A stretch of 64,000 nt of DNA, taken from contig NC_068981.1 in assembly GCF_001194135.2 (NCBI RefSeq), forward strand, positions 8,452,684 to 8,516,683, written 5' to 3'. Source of the stretch: Octopus bimaculoides. Its lineage: Eukaryota. Each line of letters begins with the position of its first letter. The stretch's first letter is position 1. Below the pieces are notes generated by a model. That model was given only the letters and a program-made list of their open reading frames with translations. It was not told where the DNA came from and searched no databases. Of the stretch, positions 52,309 through 63,326 are shown one piece after another. A program made the position numbers and the translations under genes.

Positions 52309-52620
52309 CAGTGGTGGACTGGCCAGGTTGCCAAATTGCCCAATGGCAAATGGGCCCCTGCGCCATTAGAATCCATATATGGAGGCCCATGTTAGTATCT
52401 AAGGGGCCCATCCCCTCAAGTTTCAGAATTTTTAATTCACTTCTGGAAGAATGCATTAATTATTTCTACCTGGCTGTGTTTGTAGACAGTTGAAAAGAAT
52501 ACTTTGAACGAAAAAAAATTTAAATGATAGCATTGTAGTTGTGGGTGGGGCCCCTTGTAGTTGCGGGTGGGCCCCCTTAGTCTTCTGGCAACCAATATTT
52601 TTAAACCCAGTTCGCTACTG
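52309..52620. mobile_element. hAT-superfamily MITE (312 bp)
   Basis: TIRs CAGTGGTGGACTGG and CCAGTTCGCTACTG, perfect 8-bp TSD ACTATAGG (52301-52308 and 52621-52628), repeated GGGCCCC subterminal motifs. Confidence 0.92.
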
Positions 52621-52629
52621 ACTATAGGA

Positions 52630-53150
52630 GTCACAGGGTGCTGCCCCATGTGGTCCCACAGTTTCCATCTAACTAGGAATATTAGGGTCTCATCCATTGT
52701 CTTGTATTCAAGATCCTCTGCATGACATTCTGTTAGTTCAAAGCCACAAATCTGATCTGTTGGGTCTTGCCGATAACTAAATCCACACCCTACTGCCAAC
52801 GCTTTGATTTATTGTCACTGAAGTTTACTCCTCTAATGGTTAAGGTTTTGTCTGTCTCCTACCCCTTCGACCCATCTGGAATGGTAAGACCTGCCTGAAG
52901 ATTTCTCTCCCTCCAGCATAGCTCTCCGGGTCAATGGAGCACATAGGCACTTTACCATGACAAGGTACTTGTTGAGTTGGCCATTGACTACACAGTAGTT
53001 CCTTCGCCCTTTGATGGGTCTTATTTTTTATCCCACAGGGTGTCCAACAATCACCCTCCTCACCAAGCAACGCTCAGTGGGGCTGCCAGTTTAGTTGCCG
53101 ACGACCCAACCATGTGACAGGTTGTACTGGGTCACATGTTACCAGTAGTA
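52630..53150 (-). mobile_element. Possible LINE (RTE-like) 5' UTR remnant hosting the hAT MITE
   Basis: Minus strand ggcaggtcttaccattccagatgggtcgaaggggtaggagacagacaaa resembles RTE 5' UTRs as I recall them. No coding support. Confidence 0.3.
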
Positions 53151-54257
53151 CTAAAGAGCAGTTGAATACTTACCACATTTGGTTGGCTCATCTGCTTAGT
53201 TGAGTGAAACATGTATATAACCAACCATGTAGCATGATAAGCAGTCAATTGTGTTGAGTGATTTTGAAACTAACATTAACATGAATTGACATGTTCCTAT
53301 CATTGTGTAAAGTGTGGGTGTGTAAGCGTGTGTGTTTACACAGATGCATAGACGTCAGTTGAATACATGTATATATTTTAGTATTCAGTGTGGTTTAGTT
53401 GTATATTTAAACGAAGGAAGGATTTTAATTAAAACTCTTAATCTGAGACAGGTTATTTTACCAGATAAATATCTGATGACCATAGAGATATAAATAAGCA
53501 ACTATGATGACCAAAATGACAAAACTCGGGATTTCTAAATAATAGCTAATGACTTTGTCTTATTCGGTTAACGAACTTATAGGTGATTGCCTTGCTGTTC
53601 GATCTCTTGCTGTGCTATCTACTATTTTCATTTGTATCATCTTTCATTAAGAGAGAGGGAGGGGGCATCCTGGCATCAACCACTCAGGATCTCAACGGTT
53701 TAATGATGTAGTATCTGTTAAAATGCCTCATTGCTAATATTTATTTAACAGAAAATAGTATTGTTGCTCTAACCTAGAAAAATAATTTAAGAATCATGTA
53801 AAGTTCGAGTAATTAATTTGAAACTTTATTGACCTGATTGCTCCAGCTGGCCAACAAAAGAATTTCTGATCACTTTATTTTCTCATCAATCACATTGTTG
53901 CACGAATGACCAACAGACTCAGATCACCTGGCTCTAATATATATTCCATTTTTACAGTTTATTACAAGAAACAGATTAATTAGCAACATTTAATTACAGC
54001 TTGTTGCTATAAACTGCAGTAATAATGTTTAATTAAGCATTGTTTTAATTAATATTGCAGAGTTCAGGGGGAATGGCTTCAACAAAACTGCCCTCTTGAA
54101 ATTTACTTCATAAAAAGACACAAAAGAATCTTTGAGTAGCGTCAACACAACCTCAAACACCAAATCAGATTCTTCCATTGTAAGTAATATCTTAGAATTT
54201 GGTCGAGAAGAAGCAACGGAATGATGGAACATTCTTTCTGAAAGAAATGTTTGACAG

Positions 54258-54470
54258 GAGTTTCTAAACTATACTAATACAGATATATTTCAGTTGAGAG
54301 TTTACAACTGGATACACAAATATGTGTATCATCACATTGAGAGAGAGGAGTTCTCTTCAGCCATGTTTTTTAGATCTAACAGAGAAATGAAATGTCTAAG
54401 GTATCCATATAAGGGTTACAAACCTGTCCCTATCCAACCTGCAGAATTTACGGACAGACGTCAATATTGA
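54258..54470 (+). CDS. Candidate terminal coding exon of an unidentified plus-strand gene
   Basis: Open frame EFLNYTNTDIFQLRVYNWIHKYVYHHIEREEFSSAMFFRSNREMKCLRYPYKGYKPVPIQPAEFTDRRQY* in non-repetitive DNA. Possible acceptors before 54258, 54283 or 54294, TACTAAT at ~54272 and AATAAA at ~54543. Protein not recognised. Confidence 0.45.
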   Translation, partial: EFLNYTNTDIFQLRVYNWIHKYVYHHIEREEFSSAMFFRSNREMKCLRYPYKGYKPVPIQPAEFTDRRQY

Positions 54471-54847
54471 CATGACACTGGACGTAAAGCTGCCTACCAA
54501 GATGATGATGATGATAATAATAACAACAATAATAATAATGATAATAAAAATAATAATAGTGATGATGATGATGATGGTTATGATGATGATGGGAATACAG
54601 TTTAGCAGTGTTCTTTAAAATTATTGGTGTTAAATCACTGCCAACAGGGGAGGGGAGGAGGATAGAAAGAAGAGAGAATATAAAATAATATTAATGAAAG
54701 AAAAAAAAGAAAATTTATATATATACATAGATGAAGCAGTGAAAGATTTATCAGGGAGCAAAATAAATGAAGGGGAAAAAAGGAAGGGAAGGGAAAAAAA
54801 ATTAAAGGAATATAAACTGTGAAGAAGAATGTTATAAAAATATTGAC

Positions 54848-54886
<39 letters not shown>

Positions 54887-55556
54887 CCATTTTTGTTAGT
54901 ATCTTTGTAGAGAGTTTAAGAAGCACATCTGCTGCTACTTCAGCCCCAAACCTTTCTCACCATTCTGTTATTTACAGGTATTTAATGCAGATCTTTTGAG
55001 GAATTTTTTTTTTTTGAAAAATATTAATAATTACGGAATTCTTAATTCATCAACAAAGAACAAAACCATTTGTGAACTGCAATGGAAAAGTCGGGCATCA
55101 TATTTTAAATATAGAACCTACTAGTAGAATATTTTAGAAGAGTGGGGGAGGGCCATACAAATTTGTTTAATCAATTTAATTACATGGTAAGTTTAATTAG
55201 AGAGTAAGAGAATTTGAAAATTTTGAAGACAAAAAAAATATCTAGAAATAAAAATAAAATTCAAAGAAAAACAGAGTTTTATGTGTTGACAATCTTCTAA
55301 AAAATAGATTGCATTTTATAAGGTTTACAGAGCAGGGGAACCAAATGTTTGTTTAGGGGATTTTCATCTTGGAAACTTCCATGATTATCAGAAACCAAAA
55401 TCATGAAATGAAGCAGCCGAAACATAGAAATATTGACTTGGTTTTAAAATTACACCCCACCCACATTCCTGTAACATCAACCCAATTTGGTTTTCTTAAA
55501 AAAAAAAAAAAAAAAGGAAACATGTTTTGCATTGTGCTACAGGATATGGAACTTAC

Positions 55557-55562
55557 TTTATT
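55557..55562 (-). promoter_or_regulatory. Candidate polyadenylation signal of the UBASH3-like gene
   Basis: AATAAA begins 2 nt after the TAA stop. A T17 tract lies ~40-60 nt downstream on the minus strand. Confidence 0.45.
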
Positions 55563-55563
55563 T

Positions 55564-55805
55564 TTATATTAGTGTTTTCCAGTTATATTTTTTGTTGGCT
55601 ACATGTGTAATAGGAGGAACTGGTGGTTCCTTCATTCTCCATTTTTTGGTGAGAGGATCTTCAACACAGCAACACATTGAACAACATGGAACATAAGGAA
55701 GAATTTCATGAAATCCTCCCACAGAACGTGGAGCTTTTCCTAGTAACTGGCGTGTACATACATCTAAACTACCAGCATGACCAACTATTAAGATATTACA
55801 GACAT
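55564..55805 (-). CDS. UBASH3: UBASH3/STS-like histidine phosphatase, terminal exon
   Basis: Acceptor ttttctctttcag. Reads (D)VCNILIVGHAGSLDVCTRQLLGKAPRS...WRMKEPPVPPITHVANKKYNWKTLI*. NILIVxHAxSL..CTRQL and W...PP..P.TH....NW are STS-family C-terminal motifs. Phase matches the upstream exon. Confidence 0.93.
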
Positions 55806-55859
55806 CTGAAAGAGAAAACGAAAGAGATTTCAGAAGAAGATAAATTAAAATAATGAAAT

Positions 55860-56800
55860 GGAATTAATCAAACTTTGATTGATGAATGGTTTGGATTGAT
55901 GTCTGTAAAATAGGATTTCTTACTTTAGCAGCATTGAGATTGGTGAGACTAACAGAATTGGTGGAGAACCACACAAATTGTCTTGAGCAGTCTTATATTG
56001 TCAGTTTGATTCTCAAGGAGATCGACCTTGTCTGTTGTCCTTCCACAGTCAATAATACCTGTCATATATTAGGGTCAATATAAACGACTACAACCCTCCC
56101 TTTCTCTCTTTCAGTATTTCTGGTGGTGTCTAATTAGGCAATATTTTATAAAATCATTTAGAAGGCTTTTAGTGATTGGATCTAATGAAGTGGTTGTATG
56201 TAAGATATTAGAAGTGTAGTGAAGGGTAGGAGTAGAGGCAGAAGAAGACAGAACTCAATATAAAATAATACAAGTTATAATGAAAGAGATGAAAAGCTAA
56301 GACAATATAAAGATGATGGTGACAATATTGAAACAGAAATGTAGAGTCAGTGATGTGTTTGAAAATCTTTATAAAATGTCTTCAAGAAAATGTTGAAGAC
56401 GACCACAATTGAAAATCATAGACACAATCTAAAGTTTGATTGAAGATGGAAGAGAGTGATAGAAAAAGGGAAGCAGAGGGAATATCTAAACAGTTTCCTT
56501 ATACAGATGTCAGAAAAGTAAGCCTCAGTCTTGATGACGTACTCCTGTGGGGTCAGCATGAAAGATCATCAAAGATTTTGAGGTTAGCATTTGTAGAGAC
56601 ACTGAAGGTTTTTAGTTGTGTCTGGCCCATGGTTGAGAAAAGGTGAGGACTGTTTCCTTCATGTGTTTTGTGACAAAGCTTTTGTGCTGTTGACAGAAAC
56701 TAAGTCTTCTCACTGAAACAGGCTTTCAATATAACTGAGGCCCTTGACTATGAGGTTGTTTTCACGGTGATGTGTTAAGGTCAATAAACCACAAAAGAAT
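55860..56800 (-). mobile_element. Very decayed CR1/L2-like LINE remnant in the last UBASH3 intron
   Basis: Only weak blocks are recoverable (KQSSPFLNHGPDT; a ..STNSVS.. region), with many stops. Confidence 0.3.
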
Positions 56801-57032
56801 AACATCAGAAACTAGTTGATGATAACACCAACTGAAACTGTACTGCTGGTCACTGAAGGGGAAAAGTTAGTGAAGGTGATGAGGATGGTGATGATGATGA
56901 TGGTTGCAGATAAACTGTACCTTTGTAAAATGCTAAATAAGAATCAATTTAGGATATTTTCATGTGACTTTCTTACAGGATGACTTGTAGAAAAAGTAAG
57001 AATGGAATCAAAATAAAACATAAAATAGTTAC

Positions 57033-57275
57033 CTTCATGTTCATGTTTTTTAAGGATATAACGTGTGAAATCTGCACATCTGGAATAGAAGTGCTCCACC
57101 GTTTCATCGAGGTATAATTGAGTGGGTACCATATAAGAAATATAGTTTCGATCGACAGCATAACCATGGTCAATCAGTTCATCAGGAGTAAACCAAATTG
57201 GTAACCCTAACTGGTACCAGCCCAGCCATTCAAATAAGGATGGTTCAATACAGATTTTCAGATTCAGACCAAGAG
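57033..57275 (-). CDS. UBASH3: UBASH3/STS-like histidine phosphatase, penultimate exon (243 nt, phase 1-1)
   Basis: Flanked by ttccttgtag| and |gtaact. Reads (A)LGLNLKICIEPSLFEWLGWYQLGLPIWFTPDELIDHGYAVDRNYISY..ETVEHFYSRC..ILKKHEHE, matching the STS-family KIRVEPGLFEW..LP.W..P.EL region. Confidence 0.95.
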
Positions 57276-59027
57276 CTACAAGGAATTAATTCATTATAAA
57301 TTAATCAGCTGAAAAAATTATTAATTCATAATACGGAACATCCCTTCTATCCCCTCTTTACTACCTTATACTGCCCCACCATTGTTCCAAGTGAGTAGGA
57401 CCTCCCCCTCCATCTCTCTCTGACTCGTCTCTATCTTTCTCTCTTATTCTTTCCCATCTCCCTTTCTTTCATTATCCTACCATGGTGGTCAAGTATCTCC
57501 TCTGTAATAAGACACCTATCCCTGTCCCTTTATCATACTCCGACCTCTACCCTGGCACATGGCCACATCTTTTGGTTCCTCTCTCTCTCTCTCATCTGAG
57601 AGGTCCTTGTCTTACAAGCTACTTGGTAACCCTGTGGGTGCTGGCACTGGTAAAAAGCACCCAGTACACTCTGTAAAGTGGTTGGAGTTAGGAAGGACAA
57701 CTAGCCATAGAAACCATACCAAAACAGACCATTGGAGCTTAGTGCAGCTCTCTGGCTTGCCAGCTCCTGCCAAACTGTCCAACCCATGCCAGCATGGAAA
57801 AAAGGACGTTAAACAATGATGATAATCATACAAATTAATGATATGTATTAAATTAATTTGCTGGAGGCAGTGACAAGTGATCGAGACCATTGGCGATATA
57901 CTGCGAAGTCATAGCTGTAGTTGATGTCGGTGCTGTATAACTTGCACCCATGCCAGTGGCATAAAAAAAAAAAGCATCCACTACATTCTTGGATTAAGTG
58001 TTGGGAAAGGCGTCCAGCCATAGAAACCATGCCAAATCAGATTGAAACTTGCTTCTCAGCTGGCCAGTTTTCAGTGAAACTGTCCAACCCATGCCAGCAT
58101 GGAAAACAGATGTTAAAAGATGATAATGAGTTAATTATTAATTCATTATAAATTAAATAGCTACAATAAATTATATATATATATGTGTGTACAATTATAT
58201 TAAACGTAATTGTGTACATTTGGATGTGGAAAAATCTTCAGGTGTGGAAAGAAGTTGTCTCAAGAGAGATACTTCCTTCTAGATATTTCCTCAGAGATAA
58301 TGTATGTGACATTGCATCAATGCACAGGGAATCACTTTGCTCGACTCTATTATGACACACAGACTTTTTCATCATTTTAATCTCGCTAAATTTTCATTAC
58401 ATGAACTTTATTACATTTTATTAAATATTTTGACAACTAAAACATTTTTTATTGGAGACCCTGAAAATTATGACTGTTGTTAATATTTAGTTGAAGAATA
58501 ATCCTTCTGAGTTCTAATTCCACTGAGGCTGATTTCCACTTTCATCCTGGGGGGGGGGGCAATAAAATAAGTACCAGTCACGTATTGGGGATTGATATAA
58601 TTGACTTGCCCCTCTCTCAAAATTGCTGGCCTTGTGCAAAAATGTGAAACCAATATTTAGTTCAACTAATAAATTCCAGGGTAAATAGAAATGAAAATTT
58701 TAATTTGATGAAAAGATTCCAAATGAATCTTTCCATGCAATTTCATCAAAGAGGAACCCTTCTAGCCATGACCCCCACAAAAACTGTTAAATTACTTTTA
58801 TTTGTTGATATTTTCATTCCACAAAAGTGACCCAATCCCTGACGTAATTCCATTACAACAGAGATGAAATGTCTGTGACTGTTTTCGTTTATTAAAATAA
58901 TTCTCCTCTCAGACTGAAACTAACTTTGGTTGCCATGATACATGGTTTCACATCACAGAACACACTACACAAATCCATTCCCACAATAATCTTTTCATAA
59001 GACAAATTTTACTTTAATACAGTTCAC

Positions 59028-59250
59028 GCAGTGACCCGGATAATAATAACAATAATAATAATAATAATGACAATAATGATGATAATAATAATAATAACAA
59101 TAATAATAATAATAATAATAACAACAACATCGAAAAATACCTTAGGAATGAGAACCCCAAGACACCTGATGAAGGCTGGAGGGGATATCAGCCGAAACGT
59201 TGTGTTAACAACAAACAAGATGAGGACAAATAACCGTCAAATGTAAATAA
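59028..59250 (+). mobile_element. SINE family E copy (5'-truncated), antisense within a UBASH3 intron
   Basis: cagtgacc.gaataataat...catcgaaaaataccttaggaatgagaacc..caagacacctgatgaaggctgg..cagccgaaacgttgtgttaacaacaaacaagatgagg matches 50140-50300. Confidence 0.88.
59161..59206 (+). ncRNA. Minimal type I hammerhead ribozyme motif (Penelope-type)
   Basis: gacac-CTGATGA-a-ggctg(gaggggatat)cagcc-GAAA-CGT-T-gtgtt. Stem I is gacac/gtgtt, stem II is 5 bp, the palindromic AACGTT replaces stem III, and the triplet is GUU. Folded by eye. Confidence 0.68.
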
Positions 59251-60685
59251 TGTAAATTTTGCTTTATTTTAAAAGAAATGATAACAGATACAAAAATAGT
59301 ATTTTGTAAGTTAGTTGTTTCTTATTGCTTGAAATTTTCTCTTTCCAAATAAAGGAAAATAAAATGAAAGTTAATATTCTTTGAAAAACATTAAAATGGT
59401 TTCCTGTTCATTTAAATAAGAGATTAACTAGGGGAAATAACTCTGCTCAGCCCAACTAAATGTAATGCAGCTTCATCGCACAGATACACTCTATTTTATT
59501 ATTACTGTCACTGAACACTGGGTCTTTGGATTAAGGTTGTGTCACATTTCTCTCTTCTGCAAATTCAGCTTTCACTGTAGAAAGAGAGAGATCCAAGAAA
59601 CCTCCTGACATCATCACTATCAGCAATATTATTGATATAGAATCTGTTGGCTGCTGATCGATGCCAGACATGGAACAACAACTGCACTGGTCTCCTTCAT
59701 GAAGCATAACTTTTAAAAGTCCTAGCATCCAGATATTTTTGACCCATCCCCACCTACTCCATATATTCTACACTCCTTTTAGCTGTATGAATCATTAAAC
59801 TCTTGTCCAAACTTCCAACTTTGAAACATTTCCTATCACACTTTGTTAGATTCTGCTGCAATGTGAATAAAGTCAGGTTAAAAAAACAGATAACGCATCA
59901 AAAACCTACAATTTGTGAAATCTTAGAACATCCCCATTGGTTTGGGTGCAGGCATACCCCTTAAAATTTTGGGTAGGGCAATGAAAATGCTTTGAATATC
60001 CACTTTGCCAAAACAAATGAGTGTAGAAACATGTTTGAACTGATCTGAAACATTACTTTTCCATTATCGGATGTATCTGGTTTGATTGATGTTCAAATAT
60101 AATAATTATGATAATAATAATAATGATAATCCTGTCTACTATAGGCAAAAGGTCTGAAATTTTTGGGGAGAGGGACAAGTCAATTACATTGACCCCCACA
60201 GTGTTTCACTGGTACTTAATTTATCGACCCCGAAAGAATGAAAGGCAAAGTTGACCTTGGTGGAATTTGAACTCAGAACATAGTGATGGGCAAAATACTG
60301 CTAAGCATTTTGTCCAGTGTGCTAATGATTCTGCCAGATATTAAAACTGAAAAAAATCAACCTTGTTTATAAAAAACTTTGAACCTTGGGTTGCACCTCA
60401 CTAAGCAAAGTTTGTTCCTGTATTTATGTTTACCACTGCAAAATTTCTACAAACTGTTAGAATCAACAACAGGATTATGTGGAGGCTACCGTTCTACATC
60501 TCTCAAATCCTCGTCCATGTAAACCTTAAATACTTTGGCAGTTTACATTTGAAGCAGACTGCTAAAACAAAGTTTTATCTCATCTCTCGATTCAAATAGT
60601 AACAGGATTAACAAATTAGATGACATTAACTTGATTTTAATTTAAATAAGCTAAACTAAAATAAAATGAAATCAATTCTAGATAC

Positions 60686-60778
60686 CTGTAACAATTTCAT
60701 GAGCTGTTTGAATACATCGTAGAGCTGGAGAGACATACAAATGAGACAAGTTCACTGAAGCATCTCGTAAACCTTCAC
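60686..60778 (-). CDS. UBASH3: UBASH3/STS-like histidine phosphatase, internal exon (93 nt, phase 1-1). Upstream exons were not found in the window.
   Basis: Flanked by ttccttctgttgtag| and |gtatct. Reads (G)EGLRDASVNLSHLYVSPALRCIQTAHEIVT, containing the SPxLRCxQTA histidine-phosphatase motif. Confidence 0.95.
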
Positions 60779-61581
60779 CTACAACAGAAGGAAAAAAAAA
60801 CAACAAAATTAAACAGAATGGAAAATACATAATTTACACTGATTTATCTTCCCTTTGTCAAAAAAAAAAAAAAAAGACTTATTTCATGTGAATTATTGTA
60901 AACAGTGAGATAAACTAAAAACCCAAACATCTTCAGTTTTCAAGTTGGAAACATTAAAGAGACATTATGTAACTTGAAACACAAACATTGAACATCATTG
61001 TGGCCTGGTCTGAGGCTAGGAACAGAATATATAGGAATAGAGAAGTGAAGAAGGAGTTTACAGGTATGAGGCCGTAATGTTAGCTAATTTCACAGAGATT
61101 AGTTATATTGTAGCAGAGATTACATGACATTTTAACACTGCAACTAATCTATTAGTTATGACCAACAACTTTCGTTAAACTGTTTCTTCTCAGCCTCTTT
61201 TTTGCTAGTCGTACTTTCCTAACATGACATTACTTTGATCAAGTCACGTCTATTGGTTTGATAAGAACAAGACTTCTGCTTCCACTTATCTGTTTGTATA
61301 CATCTTGATACAGTTTCTTTATTCAAGTGACTTTGTAAAACACAAAATATATCTCTGTACAATATATCTCAAAAACACATTATACCTTGATTGATTAATA
61401 TAAATTAACACCTGTTATATTCTTTGCTGAATCTTGTTCTGTCTTAAATCTCTATTCACAAACCATGTGCTCTCTTCTTATTACAGCATTATTCTACCAA
61501 CAAGATTGGAAGAGGTCTTTTTTTTCTCTTTTGGTATGTAACAAACAAGATACTGAATTGACATTTAATTCATTCTAGTTG

Positions 61582-61644
<63 letters not shown>

Positions 61645-62099
61645 ACTCACACACACACACACACACACACAAAGAGAGATACATACATAACTTCAACCTC
61701 GTGTTTAGAGTGTTTCTATTTACAAGATTTATATTTACATCAACATTAGCATCGAAAGGCAGAGCAAGTTGATGTTTCTAACAGATTTTGGTATTTTCAC
61801 ACTGATATCGTAGCTTAGAAGCTTTGGGTCTGTCTGATAATTGATTAAATATTTAAAATATCATTACAATTATTGACACTTTTTAGTGTAGATGACTTGA
61901 AAGCTTTCAAACTCTAATAACAGAGTGAGGGGAGTACTAGAAACTGGTAAAAACATCAAACCACCTCCCCTTATCTGGCTGCTATACACACTAAGTATGA
62001 GGTACACACACAAAGTTGTCTAAAAATCCATGAGTTAGAAAAAACCGGCACTCATATATTGGTGGATATGGTATAAATAAAAGACAATATTTTTATCTT

Positions 62100-62418
62100 T
62101 CATATCAACCAATTTGCCAATTGGTTTCATACCAGGATTTGAGATAAATCCAGCAATCATCAGAAAAAAGGCTGAAAGGAATAAGTCTGGCATGGGTTCT
62201 TCACTATTGGTGGTCAGAAAGTATCAAGTCAAAAACTTAAGCAGAAAACTTTATTTTTAGTTCATCAGAGTTATTCCCCTTCGGTTGGGAGCCAAAAAGA
62301 CAACCCCAGTGTATGGGAGATGAATAATTGTAGGGCTAGTCTTTTCAGTCGTGTCTGGTGATTGCTGGGATATCTCAAATCCTGGTATAAAAACAAATAG
62401 GTAAAGTGGCTGATATGA
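62100..62418. mobile_element. MITE-like element with ~85-nt imperfect terminal inverted repeats
   Basis: tcatatca.cca.tt..c.a.t.g.tt..ataccaggatttgagata..ccagcaatca.cag at the left end is mirrored at 62335-62418. No TSD evident. Confidence 0.82.
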
Positions 62419-62419
62419 G

Positions 62420-62712
62420 CATAGAATACAATATCATGTGATCACGTGACTGACCAGACTATTGGATGTTGTCATACATCACTGCTCACAGTGCCCTTTA
62501 CATTGTTTTAGCTTTCGAATGATGGCATCAGACTGGCTGGTTGAGCAGGCCAACACTTCCCTGATTGGAAGGTTATTCTGTCACAGGGTGGTCATCCATT
62601 TACAGCTGAGTGGACTGGAGCAATGCGAAGAAACACATGCTGCTTGGTCTGGGAATTGAACCCACTATCTAATGATTATAACACCCTCATAACTAGGCCA
62701 TGTGCCTTCACA
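62420..62712 (-). mobile_element. tRNA-derived SINE (family C-related head, different tail)
   Basis: Minus strand reads tgaaggcacatggcctagtt..gggttcaattcccaga..ttgctccagtccactcagctgtaaatgga. Confidence 0.7.
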
Positions 62713-63326
62713 TAATATGATATAATACAGTATAATATATATTGTGTGTTGTAAATATACACACTAAACGTAAAGTGCATAAATAACAATTAATCTCTCA
62801 CATTTAAAACCATTTTGAGCGCGGCCATTGCCAGTACCCCCTGACTGGCCTTTGTGCCGATGGCACGTAAAAGCACCCACTACACTCTCTGAGTGGTTGG
62901 CGTGAGGAAGGGCATCCAGCTGTAGAAACTCTGCCAAATCAGATTGGAGCCTGGTGTAGCCATCTGGTTTTCACCAGTCCTCAGTCAAATCGTCCAACCC
63001 ATACTAGCATGGAAAGCAGACGTTAAATGATGATGATGATGATTTAAAATATTTTTCTTGTTAAACTTTTTATGTAACATTTTCTTCCACCATTTTGTTT
63101 TTTTCTCTCTAATCAAAATAGTCCCAACTCATTATTTTACACATTTGGAATGAAATAACCAAGATTTATTCCCTTCCAGATGAACAAGAGTCATTAAAGG
63201 ATTACTAGAAAAAGGTAAAAACCAATCTGAAAATGTTCTTTTAGAAATTCAAAACTGAATCGAAATCAATGTCATTATTGGCTGCACATACTCTGGGCTT
63301 TGTTTGTTTGATGATTCATTGCCGTA

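Noticed and set aside
63170-63225. 36-nt plus-strand exon-like segment (EQESLKGLLEK); other short AG..GT segments at 38807-38874, ~42556-42589 and ~46467-46503
   Set aside because: They cannot be chained into a recognisable protein, and short open segments with AG/GT borders are expected by chance.
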